The notes under the pieces are model-generated. The model did not search any database, was not told the DNA's origin, and saw only the letters and a list, made by a program, of their open reading frames with translations. A DNA stretch of 63,232 nt, the filler included, from Octopus bimaculoides (Eukaryota), in assembly GCF_001194135.2 (NCBI RefSeq). It is 4 parts of 4 records of this genome, joined end to end, with 100 filler letters (N's around TTAATTAATTAA, not from the genome) between each part and the next. Parts side by side here need not be neighbours in the genome. Positions count along the whole stretch, not along the records: positions 29,476 to 42,650 come from NC_068993.1; positions 42,751 to 53,782 come from NC_068985.1; 2 more parts are not named here. One strand, given 5' to 3'. The position numbers were made by a program, and so were the translations under genes. Shown here piece by piece: positions 38,095-50,890 of the stretch (its first letter is position 1; every line of letters starts with the position of its first letter).

Positions 38095-41000
38095 GTCAAT
38101 GTAACAATACTTTACGTATGTGTGTAATTGAAAAGCCTGAAGTTGCGATTTTCGTCCAGAAAAATCCTTTCACAGATGTATTGTGTCAAAAAAGCACAAT
38201 ATGCTTCAGAGCTAGCCGAAAACAAATCATCCCAGAAGTAACCACGAGGGCGACAGATACGTATTTCATCGCTGTTGAGGCTTTTCAATGTCACATATTC
38301 GTGTCACTGCCGAAACGAAATTGAATCAGTCAGTTGAAGTGTAAAAAGTTTTGTATAGACTATACACTGGCAAACAGGGCGTATTTCTATGTCTTTATTG
38401 TTGTACATTAATGTTTTATAAGTTATTATTGAAAAAGATCAGTTATAATTTGTTACGCTCTGAATTTTGAAATGCTGCTTTTCTTTGTCTGATGAATTAG
38501 AATGTCCTTATGGGCATTCTATGTAATGTAGGTGTGCTTAAATTATTTTGTAATAATTCAACGATTTAATAATAATTTATGAAAAATTTGCTTTTAAATA
38601 TTTCGATGTGATTGTCTGTTAACGAAACGTATAGGAAGAATATTAAATCTATTTTGTGTGCCTATATTTAATAAATCTCACAAAGATAGAGCAGTCGTCG
38701 TTAGCGAGATAACTTTTGAGCTTTTGATATATTTAAAACGTAAATAGTTCTTAAAAGTAATATCATTTTGTATTGGTATTATAGTAAGTGGGATATCCTT
38801 ATGGTATCTAAGAAGACGTTTTTGTATGTGCAAGCAAGGCGAAATTAGCTCCTTATGTTTTTTCGATAATTTAATGTCATATATTAAAGCTAAGTGTTTC
38901 TCGTGAATTCATAAACTACAGAATGAATTCAGTTGTATATGAGGTACTCCTTTGTTTTAATGTACTATTAAATTGTAGAGTAAATAATTATTTTTCAAAA
39001 ACTAGACGTGTGTCTCTAGGCTTGTGCCGAACCAACTTTGTGTAATGTTCTTAAATGTTTTTTGCTGTTATTTTGGTGTAATCTATAACATTCTGATTTA
39101 CGTTTAATGGAAACTGGCTGAATAAATAATAGATTTTTCTAGACAATTGCTATTGACTAGACGTACGACATACGTTTCGAAAATGGCAATTCGCATTTTA
39201 GAATGCCGATATTTTTAAAATTATTTATTATTTTTTTATAATAATTAATGGATGATAGTATCGAATGCCCTGTTTTGAGTAAATTTGGGTTGAAGATTCT
39301 CGATAAAGCTAAACTAGCGAACATTCAGAATAGGTGTAATTTCCTTCTTTCATTTCAAAACAAATACATCGAAGTATTAAAAAGAAATTTCCCATCTTCA
39401 TTGAGCCGTATAAATCCACCCATGTGCACACAAACACGAATGCTTACTCAACATATTACCATAAACCCTCTCCTTCAGAAGCGCAGGATAAACAGCAATA
39501 AAAAATTCAAAACAAAAAACAAATATAGCTGCTTATTTAAAACAGCCTATAATATCTTAATACATAGTAGTGGACCCATACAATTAACTAGCTATTACAC
39601 TTTGAAGCGTGTGATAGCGAAAGTAAGTCCGAAATATAAAGTAGAGGCGAATTTATTGTAGTTACGTGAATATATTACAGTTTAGGGTAGAAAAACAATT
39701 ACGAATTATTTTGCTATCCAGGTCAAAATACCTGGAAATCGATTTTTCGGGTGTTTTCTTTTGGGATAAATTGGATTTACGCACTATTGTATAACTATTC
39801 AACTGAATGAATCTCCATCGTAAGATATGGCTGAGATTTGTGGGTATATTTTTTCAAAACCATGCCTTACTTGTTGAGATTATGATCTACACAAAAAAAC
39901 TGAATCTTTAAATTATAGTAGCAAATGTTTTGTCGTTACAAAATCGAAGAGCCTTAAAAACTAATTATTTTTACGAAGCTAATTAGTGCTTTTGATTGTT
40001 TTTAATAATTATTTTTCCTTTGTGTCAGCTTATTCCAGTCGATGTTTCTAGAGATTAATAAGCTGTCGTCTGTACAGACTCCACCATTGGGAATTTATCA
40101 TGGATCAAATTAAAGATATACAACACGATAGAGTTTCAAATACACGCATAATCTTTTACCCTAAGATTCAGTTGTCATTGAGAGAAAATAAACATCTAAA
40201 GATGAGCGAGAATACCATTTACAGACTGCATTCACTTCTATGAAACGCAACAAAATTCTGTAAGCTAGAAATGAATACAACCAAAATAAAGTCAGATAAC
40301 AAGGAAAATCGAACAGAAAAGAACAATAGAACATAGAACACCTCGGTAACCTCTCTATATTTTCCTCTTCTCTACGTTTTTCTTCTCCAACCTTAATGTG
40401 CTTTCTTTCTCTCTGGTTTTTTTCTTATCTGCTCTCACTATACTTAACTTTATTGTCTCTCTATTTTTCTTGCTACGTCGTGTTTTCCAGATATCTTCCT
40501 CGATCCCTCCTCCTGCTGCTGCTGCAAATCCAAACTTATCTCTTCCTCATCCCTCTTCTTTCTCACGCCGAACTTTGTCCTGTTCACTCTTACATTGTAT
40601 ATGCGTGGTTTCGTGGTTAGGGTGTTGCACTCACGATCTGGCGACCGTGATTTCAATTCCCAGACTAGGTAGTGCGTTGTGTTCTTGAGCAAAACACCTT
40701 TCAGGTGGACGTTTTATGTCTGGTTCTGGAAATTATATTTTTAAATCGACAGACTACGCTGATGATCCTGCAGATATTTACTTATGTAAATTTTAACAGG
40801 TGAAACCATGGTACGTAGGTTAATCGTTTTTTTTATTTAGTATTTTTTCATTTGTCTTGCCCTTTTACAGTCTGTTGTGTCGCTAATTTTTTACTGAGAA
40901 CATATTTTTTCGTGGTTAAATGATTCGGTATCTATTTCTAGCATATAGAAGTCCACTTTTGCTGGTCATTCCTCTTATTTTTGTATGTAATATAATTTCA

Positions 41001-42087
41001 ATCTTCGGATTTTTTTGATATGCTAGACCACTGGTTTTAANNNNNNNNNNNNNNNNNNNNNNNNNNNNNNNNNNNNNNNNNNNNNNNNNNNNNNNNNNNN
41101 NNNNNNNNNNNNNNNNNNNNNNNNNNNNNNNNNNNNNNNNNNNNNNNNNNNNNNNNNNNNNNNNNNNNNNNNNNNNNNNNNNNNNNNNNNNNNNNNNNNN
41201 NNNNNNNNNNNNNNNNNNNNNNNNNNNNNNNNNNNNNNNNNNNNNNNNNNNNNNNNNNNNNNNNNNNNNNNNNNNNNNNNNNNNNNNNNNNNNNNNNNNN
41301 NNNNNNNNNNNNNNNNNNNNNNNNNNNNNNNNNNNNNNNNNNNNNNNNNNNNNNNNNNNNNNNNNNNNNNNNNNNNNNNNNNNNNNNNNNNNNNNNNNNN
41401 NNNNNNNNNNNNNNNNNNNNNNAAGATATATATGAATGTGTGTGTTTGTATCTACATGTCTATGTATGTATATATGTATGTATGATTGTATGTGTATGTA
41501 CTCTTCTAGGCGTTAGTGCATAACCTTTTTTTTTCTCTCGTAATCCTCACAATCGACCAAACGCCATTTTGTTTAGATTTTGTTTTTCTCCCACTTTTCG
41601 CCTCGTCGCCCTTTCTCTTCCTCACTTCTACTTCCTCTTCTTTTCTTTATTTGTTCTTCTTCTGTTACTACCATTACTGCTGCTGCTGGTGCTACTACTA
41701 TTACTACTGCTGCTGCTGCTACTACTACTACTACTACTATTACTACTACTACTACTCTTTTCACTTCTGATACTAACACTTGCACAACTACTACTACTAA
41801 TACTACTACTACAATTACTAATAATGATAATAATAATAAATCTAATAACTTTTATCATTATTATTGTTGTTGTTATTATTATTATTAATTTTCTGATTTC
41901 ATCTCAACATTTTCATCGTCATCCTCGTCTTCATCATCATCATCTTCGTCGTCGTCGTCATCATCATCATCATCACGATCATCATCGCCATCAACATCTG
42001 CAGTGTTATGATCACAACCATTAACATCAACATCGACACCCATTTCTAAAACCAGTACCACCATACTCTTCTTTTTTTTTTTGTCAA

Positions 42088-42118
<31 letters not shown>

Positions 42119-42164
42119 GCGAACATGATTATCACCCGCATTTATTACTATAGCAACTTCCTAC

Positions 42165-42209
<45 letters not shown>

Positions 42210-42610
42210 CCCTCTTTCTCACCTTCATCGCTTCTTTCCTGCTCCGCTGCTCGCCACAATGTTTACAAGCCAAACCACAGAACAATGTTTTATATGCTGT
42301 ATATTTTCACTTGACTTAGAAGAACACCAAGCTGTTGCTGTCTACACGGCCTCTCACTCCACTTCCGCCATCTTGCTCAGTCTTATCTATACAATGGACA
42401 ACATCGACTCTTTATACATACTTCACCTGTTCAGTGTTTACTTATTATTCTTTTCTATGTTTTTTTTTTTGCTTTTTTTACAATTTAGTTTTTAGTGTTT
42501 ATGGTATTTCTAACACATCAAATCTTTTTTTTGTTGTTTTGTCTATTTGTATATGTTTATTCCCACCTTAGCATTAATATATGTATAGATGGAGGTATAT
42601 GTATGTCAGC

Positions 42611-42650
<40 letters not shown>

Positions 42651-42694
42651 NNNNNNNNNNNNNNNNNNNNNNNNNNNNNNNNNNNNNNNNNNNN

Positions 42695-42706
42695 TTAATT
42701 AATTAA
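42695..42706. other. Artificial scaffold linker TTAATTAATTAA
   Basis: 44N-12-44N layout. Confidence 0.9.
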
Positions 42707-44401
42707 NNNNNNNNNNNNNNNNNNNNNNNNNNNNNNNNNNNNNNNNNNNNCATAAATCTCACTCCCACTAGCGTCACAGCACCATCACAATGCCACACTT
42801 GCACATCACCACCACAATGCTTCAACCACTCGAAGCCTTACCCCCACTTGCTTAGCTCACCACTACCACCACCACAATCACCTCTACCACTACCACTCTA
42901 TGGTAACATTACCTTCTATCACAATACCCCCTTCCCCCACTACTACTATCACAAGAAAAAAATTAACAATCCTCCCCACACCTCTCTTTCTCTATGCCAT
43001 GCCCTGCCCTGCTCTGCTGCTGTGGTTGCTGCTGCCACAATCTTCTTCATCCACATAATTGGGGAGATAATTCCATAACAGAATATTCCGGCAGTCCTGT
43101 GGTTTATATCAGGTTATGTAATTCCAAACAAAGGCAACACGTCATGGTTTTGTGGTTTCTTCATGTTTCATACTGATCCGGAAAAAAAAAAGAACCTTCG
43201 AAAACGGGGGGGAGGGAGAGAGAAAACACAGCAACAACAAAAACAATAATAATAACAATAACAACAACAATGTTGATACTGTTAGAAAACAACAACCAAA
43301 AAAACACCCAATGAAATTTCACACCCAACCCTTTTCTCTTCATCTTTCCCTTCTCTCTCTGTCTCTCNNNNNNNNNNCCCTCTCTCTCTCCCTCTCTCCT
43401 TATATAGATATCTTTCTGTCTTCCTCTCTCTTTCCTTATATGTATATATATATATATATAACGTTGACCACTAGTTCTAGCTTCCTGGTAATTAATCGAT
43501 ATTAATTAATATATGATTATATATATATATATGTCTTTTTCTCTCTTTCTCCTTAAATATGTATACAACTTTCTTTCTCTGTCTTCATATTGCTTTCTCT
43601 CTTTTCTCCCTCTCTCAGTCTCTCTTTACCACTTCCCCATCTCTGTCAATCTCTCTCTCTCTCTCTCTGTCTCTTTTGTTCACCTTCTTTCTGTATATCT
43701 CTACCTTTTCTCCCTTTTCTTTCTTTCTTTCTTTCTTTCTTTAGTTTTCTCTCCCTCTCTCTTTTTTCATTTTGTTTCTTTCTTACTCTTTCTCTCTCTC
43801 AATCATTTTTATTTTTATTTTTTTCTTTCTCATAAAGAAAAAATACCTCCATCACCACCATCACCACCACCACCACCAACTAACTGCCACCATTTACTTT
43901 CAGTGTAAAAGGAAACTCCTTTGACATACCATGCCATGCCATGTCATGCCGTGCCCTCAGGCAGATTTTTATTTATTTATTTATTTATTTATTTACATTT
44001 TATTTTATCCTCTTATTTTATTTTATTTCATTTTTTACACCAAGACAAGACAGCGTTTTGTTTTTTTTGTTTTCGTTGTTTTTTGCCTTTCTTGTCACCA
44101 CCCACCACCATCTGCACCACCACTCCCATCCCTGCCGCCACCAAAATCATTTCTTAGCTGTTGACCACACTCGCCTTGCAAACCCCCTTCTCTCCCCACC
44201 CCACCACACCACTACCGATTGCCATATGTAATTTCGTCATTTTTCATCATTTTTGTTAGGGATACAAAGGCTAGTTTTTGTTTCTTGCACCTCCTGCCTC
44301 CTTGTCTCTTCTGCCATTTGTCATTGCTACCGTTGATTTTGTTATGTTGGCCACTGGGGCAAAAATACGGAGAGTCGCCGCAGTGAGCCTTTGATCTTTT
44401 T

Positions 44402-44432
<31 letters not shown>

Positions 44433-44559
44433 TGTTTGCTTGGCTTTCTTTTTTTTGTTTTGAGGGTTTTCTTTGCTTTTTTTTTTCTTTTCTTTTTGAT
44501 TTTGAGGAGTAAGGAAGGAAGATAGAAGGGTTTACGTTTCTGTTGTTGCTCATTTTTCT

Positions 44560-45180
44560 TGTCTTCCTTTGACTTTTCTTTCTAATTTTATTGTATTTTT
44601 TTTTCTAACATTTATTTATATTTACTTAATATTCTTTTGGTATTTTTTACTTTTTCTGGTCTTTCATTCTTCGTTTCTCACTCTATCTCTATCTACCTTT
44701 GTTTCTGTTTGATTCTCTTTGAATACTTCTCTCTCTCTCTCCCTCTCTCTCTCCCTCTCTCTTCCTCTCTCTCTTCCTCTCTCTCTCTCTCTCACTCCCT
44801 CTCTCTCATTCCCTCTCTCCCTCTCTCACTCACTTTCATTCTTCTGGTCTATGACTTTCTCTTCTCTTTTCTCTCTCCTCATCTCTCTCTCTCTCTTTGT
44901 CTTTCTCTAGTTCTCTCTCCTTGCCTCTCACTCTTTCTCCCTCTGGCTCTGTCTGTTTTTCTCTCTCTCTCTCTCTCTGCCTCTATTTCTCTCTCTCTCT
45001 CTCTTTTTCTTTCTTCCTTTCTCTGTTTATCTATTTTCTTCTCTCTCTGTCTCTCTTTCTCTCTCCTGGCCTGTCTATCAGTTCTCATCTCTGTCTGTCT
45101 ACCTATCTGTCTCCCTCTCTCTCTGTCTCTCCCTCTCTCTCTCTGATTTGTCTCTCTGTCTCTCTTTCTTTCGCACACAC
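44560..45180. repeat. Long degenerate (CT)n polypyrimidine tract
   Basis: Read directly from the sequence; similar tracts at 31560-32040, 36240-36600 and 43530-43830. Confidence 0.85.
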
Positions 45181-45754
45181 ATTCAACATAAATGCAGGCA
45201 TACAAGTATACACACACACACACACACACACACATACACAGTCACTTTTTAACCGCAAACAAAAATATAACAAAATGAAAAAGAAAACAAAAAGCACTAA
45301 AGAAAAAAAGCCCTATTTTATTAATGAAATGAAATGATACAAATGAATGAATAAAATACATGAGGAATGAACATCACTCATGGATAAAAGAATGGAAAAT
45401 CTATGAGAATGAAAAGGAAAAAATAAAACCACCTTCTTATGAGAAACCTCTTTCACAGAGGAAGCAAACGAATGAGAAATACTTAAAGAAAATCCTTCTT
45501 ACAGAAAGGAAAGAGTGAAAGAGAGAAACGAAGAGGTACAAAAGTATCGCTTTAATGGTAATCCAAAGAAGAAATGAATGAATTTACTATATATACCAGC
45601 ATACAAATCAGTGTAGTATAATAGTATGTAGACATTGAAACATCAGTTCCGTCTTTCCAGAATCCTGCTGCATTTCAGATGGACTTTTTGGGCCTCCAAA
45701 GTTGTCTTGGAGTATAAGTTTATCTGTCATTTTTTGGTTGCAAATTTCGGTCTC

Positions 45755-46150
45755 TCTCTTTACTTGTTTCAGTCTTTTGACTGTGGCCATGCTGGAGCAC
45801 CGCCTTTAGTCGAGCAAATCGAACCCAAGACTTATTCTTTAGAAGCCTAGTACTTATTCTATCGGTCTCTATTGCCAAACCGCTAAGTTAGGGGGACATA
45901 AACACATCATCATCGGTTGTCAAGCGATCTTGGGGGGACAAACATAGACACACAAAAACATACATATATATATATATATATATACATATATACGACGGGC
46001 TTCTTTCAGTTTCCATCTACTAAATCCACTCACAAGGCTTTGGTCATCCCGAGGCTATAGTAGAAGACACTTGCCCAAGGTGCCACGCAGTGGGACTGAA
46101 CCTGGGACCATGTCGTTGGTAAGCAAGCTACTTACCACACAATCACTCCT
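45755..46150 (-). mobile_element. SINE family 1
   Basis: Homologous to 20492-20905 over its length. Confidence 0.85.
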
Positions 46151-46489
46151 ACGTCTCAGAAGAAAAAATTCAGATTGCATCATCATCATCATCATAGTCA
46201 TTATCATCATTATCGTCATCATTGTTGTTGTCATAATCTTTGTTTTAACAAGTACTTTTCCATGCTCAAATGGATCAGATAAGACTATCTTTTACTTTCT
46301 TTCAGTCTTCGGACTGAGGCCATGCTGGAGCACTGGCTTCAAGTATCTAGTCGACCCCAGTACTTAGCTTTCGATCTGACACTTATTCTGTCAGTATCTT
46401 TTTGCAGAACCATTAAGTTATGGGGACGTACACAAAAAAAAAAAAATGCCAGTTTGTCACGTCGTCGCAGGAGACAAACACAAACACAC

Positions 46490-46890
46490 ACACATGGCTG
46501 CATAGTAAGAAGCTTGCTTACCAACCACACAGTTCTGGTTTCTGTCCCACTGCGTGGCACTTTGGGCAAGTGTCTTCTACTATAGCCTCAGGCCGAGCAA
46601 AGCTTTGTGAGTGGATTTGGTAGACAGAAACTGAAAGAAGAAAGAAACTAGTCATATACATATGTGTGTGTGTGTGTGTGTGTGTGTCTTTGTGCCTCTG
46701 TTTGTACCCCTACTTGACTGGTGCTCGTGTGTTTACATCCCCCATAACATAGCAGTTCGGCACAAATAGACCAATAGAATAAGTACAAGGCTTAAGAAAA
46801 TAAGTTCTGGGGTTGATTTGTTCAACTAAAACCCTTCAAGACAGTGCCCCAGCATGGCCACAGTTTCATCACTGAAAGGAGATAAAAGAT
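46490..46890 (+). mobile_element. SINE family 1
   Basis: ATGGCTGCATAGTAAGAAGCTTGCTTACC...CACTGCGTGGCACTTTGGGCAAGTGTCTTCTACTATAGCC...CCAGCATGGCCACAG. Confidence 0.8.
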
Positions 46891-47248
46891 AAAAGATATA
46901 CATACACACATACATAAATACGTACATGCACACATACATACACACATACATACACACACACACACACACACTCTTGGCTACCACACATTCAGAAAAACCA
47001 ACAGAGCACTGCATGCCTCATCATGCAGTTTATTTTTAAATAGTAATTTCCATGCAATGTTGGGGCAACATGTCATATTTTTAAAGGACATCACCACATG
47101 ATATGTACTGCAGCTGCTGTTGCACTCTTGTTGCTTTCAGGCACATGGCCATCTCACAATATTCAGTTGGCTTGTATATTTACTCTAAGGGTGCTTTTTA
47201 CCAAGTGTCAAAAGTGATCTGTATGAATTTTGAGTTGAATTCCATCAC

Positions 47249-47324
<76 letters not shown>

Positions 47325-47760
47325 CATATATGTATATACATATTTGTAGATAAACATGTATACGAGTGTGTGTGTTATATACATATATGTGTATGTTTGC
47401 ATATAACTATATATATATATATATATATGTATGCACACACACACATACAGAATGTATATATGTATGTGTATATACATATATATGTTTATATACATGCACA
47501 CATGTGAATATATATGCACATATATACAAGTGTATGTGAGTGTGTGTTCATATATATATATATATATACACACACACATACATATAATATACAGATTCAC
47601 ATGTGAGTGTGTGCATGTGTGTGTAAATGTGGATGACTTTAAAGACAAGATATACCTTTAGGTTAAACTGGCTTTTATATTTTCTTTTTGTTTTTGATTT
47701 TGACACAGCTGATCCGCCCACTTCTTCACAAAAGAGGATTATTCCTTTGCACCTACTCAC

Positions 47761-47823
47761 CAGTATGTGCTTGAGGAAGCAGTCACTCCTGACTTCAGAA
47801 TCACATAGTTTGTAGCTGGTACT
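47761..47823 (-). CDS. Candidate small exon (63 nt)
   Basis: Acceptor gatattcacag and strong donor CTG|gtgagt. Open in phase 0 (STSYKLCDSEVRSDCFLKHIL) and phase 2. No homology support. Confidence 0.3.
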
Positions 47824-48459
47824 CTGTGAATATCACTCAGAGGTGAATAAGAATTATTAAAATCAATGTGATTTGTATTATAATAACATGTTTGGTACGC
47901 CATGGAATTTTCCTCATGAGATTTGTTTTGATTCCACTCTGGCAATTATTCCCTACTAATTTAGAGGCAAATATTTCAGTAGGTCAGTTTACAGGTCATT
48001 CAAACTGTGAGATCTGTCATAGCTTTAGAGTAATTGTTGTGCATGGCTGATGAGACCCTATTGTTTGAAACAATTGATTATTGTCTCTGTGGAGTATTTG
48101 GTGTTTTTCTCTTCTTGGTGTAGGGTAATTGCTTCTTAGCTTTGCTTCTTATATATGTATATATGTGTGTATGCATATGTATGTGCACGTGTGTGTATGC
48201 ATATATACACACACATATATATATATATATGTATGTATGTATATACAAACACACACCACACACACATAGAGTTACAGATATATTTATTTAATGTATCTAA
48301 CTATATATGTGTGGACATATGTGCATGGTGTTTGTGTGTATATGTATGTATGTATGTAGGTGTGTGTATGTAAATATAAATGTATGCATATATATGTGTG
48401 TGTGCATTTATATATGTATATACATGTAAAATATATACATGATATATACATCATTCATA

Positions 48460-48520
<61 letters not shown>

Positions 48521-49088
48521 NNNNNNNNNNNNNNNNNNNNNNNNNNNNNNNNNNNNTATATGCACCTACATATGCATACAAAGCTCTCTCTCTGTGTCTT
48601 TCTATATGTGTGTGTGTGTGTGTGTCTGTGTGTGCCTGTGTGTATAAATTCATCCGTCCACCCATCCATCCATCCATCTATTCATCCATACATACATACA
48701 TACATACATACGTACATATAATGATATATATGTATCGTCATCATAGTTTTTAAGGTCCACTTCTTCATGCTTGCTTGTGTCAAAATGAGTTTACTGAGGA
48801 AAATTTTCTCTGACCAGATGCCCTCCCTATCACCAGTTCTTATCTGTCTCCAAGACTGGTAATATTTCCACATGGCCAGACATATGTATGTGTGTGTATA
48901 TGTGTGTATATGTATGTATATGTATGTATATGTATGTATATATGTATGTATGTATGTATATGTATGTATATATGTATGTATGTATGTTTGTATGTATGTA
49001 TGTACGTACGTGGGTATATATATGTATTTATGTAAATTTCTGTGCATATATAAATGCTTATAAGTATGTGTATATGTGTGTGTATGCA

Positions 49089-49128
<40 letters not shown>

Positions 49129-50516
49129 CACATTTCTATGCACACATACATATAAGTGTGCATATATATGTATATGTATACATATATGTGTGTATGTGTG
49201 TATATATATATATATATACACACACATATTCTCACACACACACACGCACACACACACATATATAAAGATGTATCTGCATTTAAGTATGTATATATATATG
49301 TGTGTGTATATGCTTGTGTTTGTATATTTATCTACGTGCATACATCAGTCTCTGACAGCTGAATAAAAGAGAAAGAAACCACATGATATCAACTAAAAAA
49401 ATAAAAATAGAATTGCTGAATATAGAAGTAAAAAAAAATATTATTTCAATCATTGTGAAAAAATAATATGAAAAGAAAATATTTATCTTTCAAAGAAATA
49501 AAAATATTATAATTAGACATGATTTTGGAGTGTTTCCAACAGACTACTTTATTTTAAACAGATAGAATATTGAGAGAAACCATTCAACTGTTAACCTTAA
49601 GAACTCAAGTTACATTTTCTGACCAAAACTTTCAAAGGAATCAGACAAACAACTACAGAACACAAGATTGTGGTGTTATAATGTATGCTTGGTGTGTGTG
49701 TGTGTGTGGTTGTTTATTGACCATGAGTAATGTTCAGTTATTACAGGGAGAGACTGAGCCCTCAGCAAAGCATCAAACCATAGTTTCTAGGATCCATTAG
49801 AGTTCTGTATTAGCATGAAGTATGGGCTTTTAGAGTAACAAACACCAAGCAACTGTGGGTGTTCAAATGACATGATGCAGACTATGCCATCAGCAAAAAC
49901 ATTCACCTGAAATTCTGTGAACCCAGGTGTGATAAGTAGCATTTCATATGGACATGAGGCATGCATTCTGTGTGTAGTTGATGCCAAACAACTGAGGTTG
50001 TTCAAGGCAATGTGTGGCATGCAGACTGTGCCCTCAGGCATTACACATCTAAAATCTCTGATCTGACCCTTTCGTTATCATATCTCTGCTGAAATATACC
50101 TTTGCTTTAATCAATTTTAGAATAATTAAGAATTTAGTAAAATAAGTTTGTCATAATTACACTGGTACAGAAATCTCCCTCTTTAAGTAGGCAACTTAAA
50201 CTTAGCTACTTGTGGTTACTTAGCTCGTAGATGTGTACATAGCAACAGCAATAGCAAATCAGTTGCATGAATGTATGCATGCAACCAATCACAGCAAAGC
50301 TCATGTATGCGCACGGTTTTAGATCAGATTTGTCATCTTTCCTCTTAGTTTTCTCCATGGTGTCAGGCAAAGGGAAGGGGAAGTTTTGCTGTAGAATAAA
50401 TCATTGGTAAACTTTAACATGGGATTCTTGAGGATTTTGCACGTACATATCTGGGATGCATACATAAATAGGTGCGTACTTAACTGGGAGGTTACTGTAC
50501 TTGGAACTTTAATTAC

Positions 50517-50622
50517 CATGAAATTTTGATTGGGAGTAGTCTCAGGCAGGCTGGTAACAAAAGGGTTAAGTGTTTTGGAGAGATGTGAAGCATGGCCCTT
50601 TAGACCAGCTGACTTTAAGCCA
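50517..50622 (-). CDS. Candidate exon (106 nt, phase 2-0)
   Basis: Acceptor ttgtcttacctctaaatattctcag, donor ATG|gtaatt. Open S/T/P-rich frame GLKSAGLKGHASHLSKTLNPFVTSLPETTPNQNFM within the 50319-50666 ORF. Confidence 0.3.
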
Positions 50623-50729
50623 CTGAGAATATTTAGAGGTAAGACAAAGTTACCTTCTCTGATCATGTCAACTCATAGCAACTGCTTTCCCAGTTTTGTA
50701 ACATAGATATTCTCCACCTGGATGGGACA

Positions 50730-50890
50730 CCAGTCCATTGCAAGATAGCTCATTTTTGCCAGCTGAGTGGACTGGAGCAGCATGAAATGAAGCAATTTTC
50801 TCAAGAATGCAACATGTCACCCAGTCCAGGAGTTGAAACCACAATCTTACAATCATGAGTCCAACACCTTAACCACTGAGCCATGTGCCT
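50730..50890 (-). mobile_element. SINE family 2 variant (head portion)
   Basis: CATTTTTGCCAGCTGAGTGGACTGGAGCA...ACCTTAACCACTGAGCCATGTGCC, homologous to 10298-10437. Confidence 0.65.

Noticed and set aside
47709-47762. Plus-strand 54-nt exon candidate (gacacag ... CCA|gtatgt)
   Set aside because: No other plus-strand exons support it, and it nearly overlaps a better minus-strand candidate.
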